64,000 bases of DNA from Tubiluchus corallicola (Eukaryota > Animalia > Priapulida), in contig JAQGDQ010000836.1 of assembly GCA_030141605.1 (NCBI GenBank), forward strand, positions 25,571 through 89,570, given 5' to 3'. A program made the translations under genes and the position numbers. Below the pieces are notes generated by a model. That model searched no databases and was not told the origin of the DNA. It saw only the letters and a program-made list of their open reading frames with translations. Shown here in pieces: positions 1-12,107 of the stretch (position 1 is the stretch's first letter; every line of letters starts with the position of its first letter).

Positions 1-33
1 TCTCTCTCTCTCTCTTTCTCTCTCTCTCTTCTC

Positions 34-64
<31 letters not shown>

Positions 65-83
65 TTTCTCTCTCTTTCTCTTT

Positions 84-121
<38 letters not shown>

Positions 122-202
122 TCTCTCTCTCTCTCACCATCTCTCTCTCTTTCTCTTTCTCTCTCTCTCTTTTCTCTCTCTCTCTCACCATCTCTCTCAC
201 CA

Positions 203-287
<85 letters not shown>

Positions 288-376
288 CAGAGGGAATTTA
301 TGTATATTATGTATGTATTTATGTTAATATATATAATAAAATAGAGTTATAATAATAATAATAAAAATCTCTCTCG

Positions 377-450
<74 letters not shown>
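1..450. repeat. (CT)n microsatellite tracts
   Basis: Imperfect CT runs at 1-285 and ~368-448. Confidence 0.95.
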
Positions 451-453
<3 letters not shown>

Positions 454-1707
454 GTAATTAGTAACCTAATAATTCTGAAACGAATATTTTTATCTTTACT
501 CAAATGTTATTTCTGTTTTTTTTGTATACTAAATGTTTGAAGAGTTTACGAAAGTGTACATGTGCCTGCTTGATACTCCTGCCAGACGTGTGATCCGCCA
601 AAGTGAAGGAATACGTGTTTGAGTTTGTTGTTTGGGCCAGTTGACGGGTAAACATAAGTTTAAACTTTTAAAATTAGGAGTTTAAGAAAGTTACGTAAAA
701 ATGACTTACTGACGAACAAAAGCCAATCTTTCCCGCATTTCTAGAACATTTTTTAAAATACCATTCCTGTTGGATTCGGAAATGAGAGGCACCCAAAGAC
801 AAGCTTCTCCGTTTAAGAACTTCTCTGCCCTACATGGAAATCTCAGTTTGCACGTCACAGCATTCTGCATCGTTGCCATGACAATAAATTAATGATACTA
901 ATTCTATAGATATAATTTTTTGGAAAACAAAACTCTTTCTGTTCAGCCACTCGGGCCTTTGCAGACGTAAACGATAACTTTGGATGTAAATTATTTATTA
1001 ACTTATTTAATCATTTTGATACGATGTTGTTGACGTCGGTGGCGATGACGGTGATTGCTGCTGCTGTGCAAATTTTAAGAAATACGATTAATGTTCTTAT
1101 CAGCGTTGCGTACATTACGTGGATTGTCTAAGCGCCATAGATTCATGTTGAACCTTGAGCACATCATGTATAGTGTCCTCGACTCACTGTAGGTGGCGCT
1201 AAGGTTTTATATAGCGCAGAACGCAGATTTAGCGGAATCCGTGAAATGGCAAGCAGTGACGACGAAATTATTCTAAATCATTATGAAATATTAAATTTCT
1301 ACAGTCATTAATACCTTGAATGCAGATATTGTTGGATTTTTTGACCTTTTGTCACTGGCACGCAAAAGTGACATAGTAATCATACGGGAAACGGGTTAAA
1401 TATGGTTGGTTAACATTTAGTCAAAATTTGAAACCGAAATGATTTCATCGCGACGTGATTCAAATAAATACTAGAATTGACAAAAATAAACTTTTATACG
1501 ATTTTGAAAACAAGAATGAAGCTTTTTCCAATATTCCGCCATATCTAAACGTCACATTGCAAATACATTACGGCTTTCAGTTGCGTGTATTTTAAAAATT
1601 ATTAATTTCTGGTGTGACATGATGAAATTTGGGTGTTTTGCATGTGCGAAACCCATCAACTTGTAATGTGGTAGAAGTAGAAGCTCTTTTGCGAAAGTGA
1701 GCTTGGC

Positions 1708-2396
1708 TTAAAGGACAAGAAAAGGGGGTACCTGAAGTAGGTTTCAGAAAACTCGCCTTAAAAAATTTTATTACTTTATAGCAATTTTGTGCACATATCG
1801 GTATTCGCGTTGAAAGGAATTTTTGTTTGTTTTCATTTTAAATTTCCCGCAATACTGTTCCGACGCCGCCATTGTATGACGTCACCTACGCAAATGTAAA
1901 TCAGAGGAAGAAGAAAAAAATGTTAAAATTATGACCCAAAAAACTTTCCGTGCAAATCCATATTACTTAGCATTTCACTCACCTGCTGGAAAGACTTAAT
2001 TAACTAGAAAAGAAAATTATTAATTATATTATTTAAAATGTTTTTACTAATTATTGGTAAAATGTTGCTGACACACCCTCTAGGGTGCACCACTCACTAA
2101 CCAAAAAACGTATTTTTAATCTTATTGACCAGATACAGTAATTTGAAATTTTACTTAGTTAGTGACGTGTATTCTACGAAAGCTCTGATTATTTTCCAAA
2201 CTTTACAAAATGTTATCTAAACTTGTTTCAAATGACCTGCCCTGAAAATTGCTGCGTCTAACTTTAAAATTCATGTTTTATCCAGCGTTACTGCCGATTG
2301 AAGTCCTGCATGCAAAAAGGCAGTATGTAAGCGATATAAAATCTCAAAACGAATTTTTCAAGCTTTATGTTTATGAAAGGTTCTCTCGTGTTTTAA
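1708..2396 (+). mobile_element. TTAA-flanked non-autonomous DNA transposon, family A (Kolobok-like MITE)
   Basis: Begins TTAA-AGGACAAGAAAA and ends TTCTCTCGTGTT-TTAA; ~690 bp homologous to four other copies in the window. Confidence 0.8.
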
Positions 2397-2639
2397 CGCC
2401 TGTTTTGGATGTATACCCATTATTATTTCAGCACTACATTTTGAGTTAGGCACTACACACCCAAAAAGAGATTAACTGAGCAACAAACGATTCGTATAAA
2501 TATGGCCATAAATATGACACATAATCGTTTAAACACGTCTGCAGAACACTAAAAAATTCAATTACAATCCTATTATTGAGGAATTACTCTCATCTTCTGA
2601 TCGCTTCGTCTGTCCTTTATGATGTGGCAGAAGCAGTCA

Positions 2640-2732
2640 CCGTAGCAACGTTTATCTACAGTCGCCATAGCAACGTTTACCTGCAGTCTCCATAGCAACA
2701 TTTACCTGCAGTCTCCATAGCAACGTTTATCT
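2640..2732. repeat. 24-bp minisatellite (ccatagcaacgtttacctgcagtc-like), ~4 copies
   Basis: Tandem repeat read directly. Confidence 0.85.
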
Positions 2733-3880
2733 TTCAAGTGTACGTCAACGATTATATGAGTTATGGTGAATAAATGGGAACGAAAAAGCTAACAGGTTGG
2801 CTTTTTAGGACTTACGTATACTAAAAATTAATAATCAGTAATAGATATGAACAAAATTTAATGACAAACCGTACAAACTGGCAGACATTAAATGGGAAAT
2901 GTTAATACAAAACGTGAATTAAGTTTGATAAAACTTGAATATATCACAGTACTTAAGTAAAGTATCAGATGGCTTAGATGGGGCGGTAGCACGACAAATC
3001 TGCAAAAAATAACTGCTCTTGATTGTACGTTTACAACAAATGCAAAAAAGTGTCAAAAATGCCACAATTATAAAAATAAATAATTTTATAGATTATTAGT
3101 CACGGCGTGTGTCTAGTCCTCCAACATGAACCTGGTCAGTAGTTGGGTGGGAGACTATCAGAAAAATTTGTTCTGGTCGGTTTCATCTGCTTCTCTATCA
3201 TGTATGGTTATTTATCTTGATGAGGGTGAAATAATATAAACGTGGTTACCTTGGGAAAAAAATATATTCGCCCTCGAGGGGTCCCTGCCTCCCTACAAGC
3301 ATTCTACAATATTCTACGCTGGATACCAGCTTGAAGAAAGCCGAAGTATGTAGAAAAATACCAGGCTCTCAACTTACTTTCATAACATTCAAGAATGTTA
3401 AGCTTTTTGAATCATTTTGTAAATTTTTCATCTGCAAACAAACCTGGATAGGCTTAGATTAGATTTGTCCAACTTGTTGAATTGGCACAGTGACCACAGA
3501 AAAGTTTACGCTTGCAAATACTAATTTATATTGTTAGCAAGTTTATGTATAATTACTGTTGTTTTTCTAATCACAATTAACTTACTGAACAGTAATTAAG
3601 ATCGTCATTCGTTCATAATTTTGAAGTTCACAAATAGCACTGGTATTTTACCAGTCACAAATGCTGTTTGTACTAGATTAATAAAAGCTAGACAATTAAA
3701 AGTTACTACATTATGTAGATAAATTTACCAATTGTCAGAACGTAGTTCATGTAAGCTGTATCGTAACTTTTGTTTTGCGCTCTAACAAAGTCGTACTTAT
3801 GAAGTAATTATGATGAAATTTAACGTAATTACACTTGAATGTTATTCTGTGCTGGTTATTACGTTATTTTAAGACTATGC

Positions 3881-4571
3881 TTAAAACACAAGAAAACCCT
3901 TCATAAACATAAAGCTTAAAAAATTCGTTTTGAAATTTTATACCACTTACGTATTGCCTTTTTGCATGCAGTACTTTATCGGCAGTCACGCTGTATATAA
4001 CTTGTAAATTTAAACTCCTGTGATGACCGTTAGACGCAGCCATTTTCACGACAGGTCATTTGAAACAAGTTTAGATAACATTTTGTAAAGTTTGAAAAAA
4101 TAATCAGAGCATTCGTAGCGCACAAGCCACTAACTAAATAAAATTTAAAATTACTGTATCTTGTCAATAAGATTAAAAATGCGTTTTTGGTTACTGAGTG
4201 GTGCACCCTGGAGGGTGAGTCAGCGACATTTTACCAATTGGTGAAAACATTTTAAATAATTAATAATTTTCTTTTCTAGTTACACAAGTCTTTCTAGTAG
4301 GTAAGCGAAAATCTAAGTAATATAGATTTGCATAGAAAGTCTTTTGAGATATAATTTAACATTTCCTTCTCTTCCCTTCATTTACATTTGTTGCATGACG
4401 TCATGTAATGGCGACTGCGGAACAGTATTGCGGGAGATTTAAAATGAGAACAAACTAAAATTCCTTTCAGTGCGAGTAAGATATACGCATGAAATTGCTA
4501 TAAAGTAATATAATTTTTTAAGGCGATTTTTCTGAAACCTACACCTGGGTACCGCTTTTCTTGTCCTTTAA
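3881..4571 (-). mobile_element. Family A TTAA MITE, inverted copy
   Basis: Reverse complement of 1708-2396; TTAA at both ends (TTAAAACACAAGAAAA ... TTTTCTTGTCCTTTAA). Confidence 0.8.
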
Positions 4572-5890
4572 ACATGAAACAAGTATAGAAATCTTAACGT
4601 CCTCTATTGGAATTAATTCGGCCAAAATACCTTCCGACAGGATATTGAAATATGATCGGTGTACGTATTATGATGCTTGAAAAATGTTTATGCTGGTTTT
4701 GAATGTATGGTGACTTTAAAACTAAGCTGGAAAGTGTCTGAATTCGATTCAGATACTTGTTACTGCGTTATTCAAGATTTTATACGTAGTAACCTAAGGT
4801 GATCTTTAACAATATACTTTAAGAAGCAGGATCACGATGATTTAAAAACATCTTCAGTTGCACCAAGGGCATGTCACTTAAGCACTATAAGTTATTGACT
4901 ATGTGATTTTTGAAATGACAGGAATAAGCCAGTACACACAGTTTGAATTTAGTGACCGAAGTTAAGTGCCATCAAATGTAATGAATAAATTGATGTAATG
5001 AGTAAAATGACCACCGGGGAAACTACTTCTAGTATCAAGAAGAATGTTATCAGTGCTTCGTCTTACAGGACTATCATTGACAATGAAGCTAGGTTTTGGT
5101 CCCGCCTACCGTAGCCGTCGAGTGCTTAGTTCAGATTTGCAGAGTACTATACTGTACAAAAAATCTTAATTAAATAAAAATTAAGTACGTCTACGTCACA
5201 AAATATAAATTTTTTAATAATAATATTAGATTATTTCTATGTACATAAACACGCAGATAAGATCCTTACGTACATAAATACGCAGAAAGACAATTACATC
5301 TTTTTATACTTAAAAATTGGTCAAATTAACGAGCTACAATTACAAAACACACATACAGAACGTACAGAAAATTAGAACAATAGCACATTAGATAATAGGC
5401 CAGTTACGATAAAAGGCAACGAAAGTTTAAATTATTGAAAGTTTTTGTATACAGTCGTAAATTTCAAAACGGTAATTGCAAAAACTAACATACACAATAG
5501 ATAATTATGTTGATTATACACTAATCAGAGCAGCTTAGAGGTTTGATTGAAATATCTTTTATACGTGTGCAAAAACATACATGTTTAATACTTAATGCTA
5601 CAGAACAATGCAAGTACCTGCTTGAACAAGCTTGGTCTGTATCAGTTATGAAAAAGCAGCTAAAACATTCGCATAAAAAATCTATTCTAAAGAACACTTA
5701 TCTGTCTGAGACGCAAATTAACCGACCTCACGAAAAGCAATGACTAAACTAATCCTACTAATCCAAAAATGGTTTATACCTCTACCGCTTTACTCGGTAA
5801 TACTATAATTATAATGCTGTGAAATGCGCCAGAATATGGCCGTGGAGGTCCCTGTAAGAACCTGCATAACAGTAAATTACAATGACGTCG

Positions 5891-6255
5891 AGTAAAAATA
5901 ATTTGTTATATAGTGGATAGTGCGTTGTATTGGTTGTGTGTAGCTGATTATTGATGCGTTCGGAATGGCAAAGCTATGAAGAGTCTGATTATAAAACGAC
6001 ACGTTTATTAAACATCAAACACAATAGCCCAGCTGAGGGAATTAGAATTAGACTTGGTCTGGGAGCCGGAGCAGAGAGCCGTTAGATCAATGGCTTTTGG
6101 CATTACTATCTGTTATATCTATTGTGTTTGATGTTTAATAAACGTGTCGTTTTATAATCAGACTCTTCATAGTTTTGCCATTCCGGAAGCATCAATAATC
6201 AGCTACACACAACCAATACAACGCATTATCCACTATACAACGAATTATTTTTACT
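5891..6255. mobile_element. Long-inverted-repeat (foldback/MITE-like) element
   Basis: Arms ~5891-6027 and ~6119-6255 are near-perfect reverse complements; a partial relative lies at ~34838-35030. Confidence 0.75.
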
Positions 6256-6900
6256 GGTTGTTAATCGGAGCCTTTGTTTTTTAATCGACGACTAAGAGAA
6301 AATTATAATGTCATGTAAGTGTTGTCAGAAAGGATGAACAAAGTTGTTTAAAACTCGGATACTGGCGTCTTAATCGTACAATCCCTTTAATTTAAATTAA
6401 AAGATAAGTGAAAACATTCATGACCACGTCTGAACGTATTTCTATCATTCATCAGACTTCAAAAAGTTTCTTGTTTCGGAATGACCTTTACTAAAAACTT
6501 TTGGTGGGAGTGGAACACTATTCTCTTCCCCTATTCCTAGCCATAACCATGACGCATTAATGCATATGCAGACGTAAACAGGTGGAGACATATTTTCCAA
6601 GCAGCTGCCACCGGTCGATTCCGCCCCGCCCTTTTTCCTGCACAACTTTTTGAAAGAAACAATTTTTAACTTCTTCGAGTCGACGTAGTATTGCACCCGC
6701 TTCTGAGTACCCTGTGTTTATTGCTAAGCCTCTGGAGGGCCAGATTGCTGTAGATTGCTGTGACGAGATGGTGGTCGCGTCTGTGGTTTAACTGGTTGTG
6801 GTCGTTCTACTAGTTTGACATCCACTTTGGGTGTTCCATGATCTGTATCTTCGATGTTTGTTGCTCGGGCCTTAATACGCAGTTTTGTAGTTTGCGCGAT

Positions 6901-8712
6901 CTAAGAAACTAGTATGGGATAAGGTTCTACTGGTAAACCTTCAACTGGTGGTTCGTTGTTCACAACGTTAGGCACTTCAAGCGCATCTGACGTTATATAC
7001 CCTTTGTGTTTACTGCTTGGTCCTTCGTAGGCGAGATAGTTGTGCAACAGAGGTCGCAGCGTTCGCGTCACTGGTGCTTTTGTGGCAGGAGTTGCTGTCT
7101 TCGTTGCTTCTTCCGTTACAACTTCAGGCCTCTCGGTTATATCTGGCATTACGTAACCTTTGTGTTTATCGCTTGGTTGTTGATGAGCAAGATAATTGTA
7201 CAATAGAGGTCGCCGTGGTTGCACCACTGGGGGTTCTGTGGTGTAAGGAGGTTCCGTTGAAGGTTCTATTATTTCCACGGGTGGCAGCACTTCAACAGGA
7301 GGTACCTCGTTGGGCATTACGTAGCCTTTGTGTTTATCGCTTGGTTGTTGCCGAGCAAGATAATTGTACAATAGAGGTCGCCGTGGTTGCACCACTGGCG
7401 GTTCTGTGGTGTAAGGAGGTTCCGTTAAAGGTTCTATTATTTCCACGGGTGGCAGCACTTCAACAGGAGGTACCTCGTTGGGCATTACGTAGCCTTTGTG
7501 TTTATCGCTTGGTTGTTGCCGAGCAAGATAATTGTACAATAGAGGTCGCCGTGGTTGCACCACTGGGGGTTCTGTGGTGTAAGGAGGTTCCGTTAAAGGT
7601 TCTATTATTTCCACGGGTGGCAGCACTTCAACAGGAGGTACCTCGTTGGGCATTACGTAGCCTTTGTGTTTATCGCTTGGTTGTTGCCGAGCAAGATAAT
7701 TGTACAATAGAGGTCGCCGTGGTTGCACCACTGGCGGTTCTGTGGTGTAAAGAGGTCCCGTTAAAGGTTCTATTATTTCCACGGGTGGCAGCACTTCAAC
7801 AGGAGGTACCTCGTTGGGCATTACGTAGCCTTTGTGTTTATCGCTTGGTTGTTGCCGAGCAAGATAATTGTACAATAGAGGTCGCCGTGGTTGCACCACT
7901 GGGGGTTCTGTGGTGTAAGGAGGTTCCGTTAAAGGTTCTATTATTTCCACGGGTGGCAGCACTTCAACAGGAGGTACCTCGTTGGGCATTACGTAGCCTT
8001 TGTGTTTATCGCTTGGTTGTTGCCGAGCAAGATAATTGTACAATAGAGGTCGCCGTGGTTGCACCACTGGCGGTTCTGTGGTGTAAGGAGGTTCCGTTAA
8101 AGGTTCTATTATTTCCACGGGTGGCAGCACTTCAACAGGAGGTACCTCGTTGGGCATTACGTAGCCTTTGTGTTTATCGCTTGGTTGTTGCCGAGCAAGA
8201 TAATTGTACAATAGAGGTCGCTGTGGTTGCACTACTGGGGGTTCTGTGGTGTAAGGAGGTTCTGTTAAGGGTTCTATTATTTCCACGGGTGGCAGCACTT
8301 CAACAGGAGGTACCTCGTTGGGCATTACGTAGCCTTTGTGTTTATCGCTTGGTTGTTGGCGAGCAAGATAATTGTACAATAGAGGTCGCTGTGGTTGCAC
8401 TATTGGGGGTTCTGTATAAGGAGGTTCCGTTAAAGGTTCTATTATTTCCACGGGTGGCAGCACTTCAACAGACGGTATTGCTTCTGGCATTATATAACCT
8501 TTGTGCTTGACACTGGGAACTTGATTTACAAGCACATTGTAATCTCCTTGGTGAGGCCGAGATGGTTTAGGAGGAGCTACTGCCTCAGCTGGTGGGACAG
8601 ATGACTCCACAGGAGGACGAGGGGCAGGTCGTTGTCTGGTGTATCCCCTGTGTTTGAAACTTTTCCTCTGAGACCCGAGTTGGTTTATTCCAAGACACAG
8701 TGGGAGAAACAC
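6901..8712 (-). CDS. Secreted Pro/Val/Glu/Tyr-rich tandem-repeat protein, main coding exon
   Basis: Acceptor TTTTCATTTCAG|GTG at 8713; open frame to TAG at 6903-6901; ~8 units of a 56-aa repeat (SDKHKGYVMPNEVPPVEVLPPVEIIEPLTEPPYTTEPPVVQPRRPLLYNYLARQQP). The ORF-track start at 8748 is intronic. Confidence 0.85.
   Translation of the reverse strand: MFLPLCLGINQLGSQRKSFKHRGYTRQRPAPRPPVESSVPPAEAVAPPKPSRPHQGDYNVLVNQVPSVKHKGYIMPEAIPSVEVLPPVEIIEPLTEPPYTEPPIVQPQRPLLYNYLARQQPSDKHKGYVMPNEVPPVEVLPPVEIIEPLTEPPYTTEPPVVQPQRPLLYNYLARQQPSDKHKGYVMPNEVPPVEVLPPVEIIEPLTEPPYTTEPPVVQPRRPLLYNYLARQQPSDKHKGYVMPNEVPPVEVLPPVEIIEPLTEPPYTTEPPVVQPRRPLLYNYLARQQPSDKHKGYVMPNEVPPVEVLPPVEIIEPLTGPLYTTEPPVVQPRRPLLYNYLARQQPSDKHKGYVMPNEVPPVEVLPPVEIIEPLTEPPYTTEPPVVQPRRPLLYNYLARQQPSDKHKGYVMPNEVPPVEVLPPVEIIEPLTEPPYTTEPPVVQPRRPLLYNYLARQQPSDKHKGYVMPNEVPPVEVLPPVEIIEPSTEPPYTTEPPVVQPRRPLLYNYLAHQQPSDKHKGYVMPDITERPEVVTEEATKTATPATKAPVTRTLRPLLHNYLAYEGPSSKHKGYITSDALEVPNVVNNEPPVEGLPVEPYPILVS
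7150..8510 (-). repeat. 168-bp coding tandem repeat, ~8 copies
   Basis: Motif tgtgtttatcgc recurs at 7161, 7329, 7497 ... 8337 (period 168). Confidence 0.97.
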
Positions 8713-8924
8713 CTGAAATGAAAACAATATAGAAATAATTACGTTCATAAATACTAAATAAGCTGGATTCTTTGTTAGAAATGTAAGAACTTGATATCAA
8801 GATTGCACCAGACTAACAATTACACTACAATGTTTCTTCTCAAGCTCCACGTTTATTATTTCTGAGTTTAAGCTTTGAACCATTATTGTTATTCACGCTT
8901 TTAACGCGTATTGAATGATTTTAT

Positions 8925-9250
8925 CAGTAAACGCTTTGGTCCATTACGTCCATGAAGACATTCATATAAATTTTAATGAAAAATCCCAAAGGGTCCATGT
9001 TATTTATTCGGTAACACGTTGGTCCCACAAATCAGTAAGCGCTTTGGTCCATTACGTCCATGAAGACATTCATATAAATTTCAATGAAAAATGCCAAAGG
9101 GCCCATGTTATTTATTTGGTAACACGTTGGTCCCACAAATCAGTAAACGCTTTGGTCCATTACCTCCATGAAGACATTCATATAAATTTCAATGAAAAAT
9201 CCCATAGGGTCCATGTTATTTATTCGGTAACTTTTTGGTCCCACAAACTC
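8925..9250. repeat. 108-bp intronic tandem repeat, 3 copies
   Basis: cagtaa(a/g)cgctttggtccatta at 8925, 9033 and 9141. Confidence 0.9.
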
Positions 9251-10399
9251 ACTGGTCTTTCAATAAGTGATTACTGTTGTATTTGTTTGGTACCTCAGCC
9301 CAATGAAAAATCGCAGCGTGGGTCTCTGCATATGATAAAACCGATGAATTTAAGCTTGTGGCTTGAAAACCCGTTGGTCACCTAATCAAATCGTTGTGAC
9401 CAGGAAAAAATTCACAGCTTTTTAATCAATCTCTGAATCTACTGATCTTACTGGCCACTTCTGTCGGTTTGCTGATGGTCTTCACCTATTGTTCATGGTA
9501 CAAACGTTTTTTCTCATTTTGGTAAAATTAATTTCCCAACACGATACAGTCAGCTAATTGTGCTTTATCCTAAGCTTAAAACTCTGCTGGCTTTTACATT
9601 AATACTTGACCAAACCATAATCCTATCCATGTCTGACATCTCACTGCTGGCAAAGTAATAGCGAAGTTACGTTATAAAGGGCCAAATGGATTCAGAATCA
9701 GCAGATGAAGTATAAATGGAGGAGGAATCATTGGCTATTGAGAGAAAGATGGATTTTATTGCGCATTTTAGTTAATAAACCAAAGTTCACTGCCCGTTTC
9801 TACATGCAAATTCAGAGTTAGCACGAAGTACATTGCTTACGTAAAGACATCAGAAACAACTGTTTGCTTACAGCATTTATAGGGATGTATGTAATGTAGA
9901 AATAGGAATAACAAACCCATGGTGAAAAACAACTGATTTTCTGAGAAAATAACAGGAGACAGTTTTTGGGTACGCATGTATCATATCTTCTTATACATTG
10001 GCTATTCACATCTACAGAGTCAGTATTAAATTCATGTAAAATTTTTTTTGATCAGTATACATTTTTAAAGAAAACTAAACAAGATAAAAAATCGTGAATA
10101 GAATTTTGCACACTCTTTTCAAAAAAGAAAAAAAATTAGAGACAGTTATGACGTCATATGAATGATTTAATTAAAAATAAAGCTGGCGTCCAAACTGCTT
10201 CTGTGCAGTTTAGTTTAACAATGAAACAATACAGCAGTTTGTCAATAATTATGTTATACTTGTTAAAGTCCAGCACTATGATTACTTTACCCAATAGTAA
10301 ACAAGTTGACAAACAATCAACTTCTTTTCAAATTAGATAATTATTTTAATTACATAGGCCGTCATAGAATACCTAATGAGAATGACGTAATTAACTCAC

Positions 10400-10423
10400 C
10401 GCGATTAGCACTAAGGTCCTCAT
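10400..10423 (-). CDS. Tandem-repeat protein, start exon (MRTLVLIA; first half of signal peptide)
   Basis: ATG at 10423 in an ATCATGA context, acceptor TTTTTAG ~27 nt upstream, donor GCG|GTGAGT; phase-0 join to 8712 gives MRTLVLIAVFLPLCLG-INQ, a typical signal peptide. Confidence 0.8.
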
Positions 10424-12107
10424 GATGTTCGTCCGCAGTGCAACCACAAGCTAAAAACAGAATCAGCTACATTTGTTAGTTTATATATCCATAGCAGAAG
10501 AATTGGGGTTAGGGAATGTGCTAGCCAAAAACAAGAGAACACCATCGCGAATTCATGGTCACTAGTAATTGAGCAAATCACCTCAAAGTGTTTGCGCTAC
10601 ATGTCTGTCCGAAGGGGTAGTGGACGGGGGGTAGGCATTGGAGCATACGCGTGGGCACGAAGTGAAAGTTGTTGCTCTAGTTTTGCAAGAGAAAGAAGCA
10701 TTTGTTCGAAATAGCAGAAAATTTGACGATGTGTTTACACTGCAGCCAACGGGCGCAAGCCGTGGCCATGAAATCCGCTACTTATCCGAAATAACAGGGA
10801 ATTTGCACACATTATAGCCCATTCAGGCACACGACGCTCAAGCAACGAAAATTAATATGGAAAACAGAACGTGAAAACATCGCTGGACAATGCACTTGGC
10901 ACGATTACTCTCAGATCATTTGTAAAATAATATATTACTTCCTGTAGTAATAAATGCTTCGCGAACGTAATTACAGTCTTACGAGTGAAGTTAATTACGC
11001 ATCGTCGTAATTAATACCCTGCAGTGATGCTGCCGTCTCGCAAATTATCTATGATGTAAATGACGAAAACTGTGGTCTAAGTGTTACATGTATATCAAGT
11101 ATGCTATCAAAACAAAATATTTAATTGTACGTATATACGATTGGAGAAGGTGCCCTAATTAAGGTAGTTTACTGTAATTGGTTTCAAAGAAGATACCGCC
11201 AAATTATAATCATTAACGATGTGCTGTTTCGCTGCTTATTGAAAGTGACATAGGCGTGACTGCTGGATTGAAAGCAGAAAAAGAAGAAGAAAATTGAAAC
11301 TGAAACAAACGCTATCTTCACTTAGCAGAATTGAATAACATCTATATCCATAAATTTAAAGATAAGATTTAAAAAAGTGTAAAAATACAAATACAGAAAA
11401 ATAATTATGGTTAAATAATAAAGGCTTTTTAAAAAACAAAAGCAAGATGCAGAAAAATTGCATATTTTTCTCCAAAATTCAAAAAATAATAATTTTACAA
11501 TGTTTCATATTTTTACAAAAAGTTTGGAATGGGAGAAATTTTGTTCGCTTAAGACCACTGTGAGCTTTAAACAATGGTTGCTTATGGAAATTGAGCAGTA
11601 TATTAATTTTGAAAGTGTGGAAACTGCACTTACAGGTCAAAAGTGACCACAGTTACATCTTTAACATTACTGCTAATCTGAAGACAATATGTCCAAAAAG
11701 CTCTAATAGATTCGGCATCCGTAACTATGAACACACATATAAATGCGATTGATGGATTTAATGATGATAGTTCAGCTGTTCTCTACCAATTACATTCTAA
11801 ATTAAGTTGTCGTTGAAATTTAGAACTTTTTAAATAATTTTAGAAATCTTATACTTCACGATGAAAGTAAACGACCCCTAGTTAGAACAATTTTTGACAA
11901 ACTGTATGGACATTTATTATTTGAAAACAAACTAGCTGAAATAAGAAATGTGACGAAGCTAAAGATTGGAATGAAAGAATTTGAGAAACGAGCCTGGAAC
12001 TTGATGACAGAATTGCTAGTGTTTTAAGATCAGTTTACATCCCAAATGAAACCAACTTCAAATGTTTGTTTATTTTCAAGATTTTTATATTTCTTTTCTA
12101 ACCAATT

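Noticed and set aside
3120-3170. Short 5S-like stretch (cctggtcagtagttgggtgggagact)
   Set aside because: Too short and degenerate to call; at most an old SINE remnant.
7017-8510. 497-aa plus-strand ORF
   Set aside because: Antisense shadow of the 168-bp coding repeat; one stop-free unit propagates through the array; no gene signals.
7150-8510. Repeat protein as a neuropeptide precursor (tempting next to an M13 peptidase)
   Set aside because: The only recurring dibasic site is RR followed by Pro, which is poorly cleaved, and two units have QR instead; there is no G-K/R amidation signal; composition is structural.
8915-9385. 156-aa plus-strand ORF
   Set aside because: Generated by an intronic 108-bp tandem repeat.
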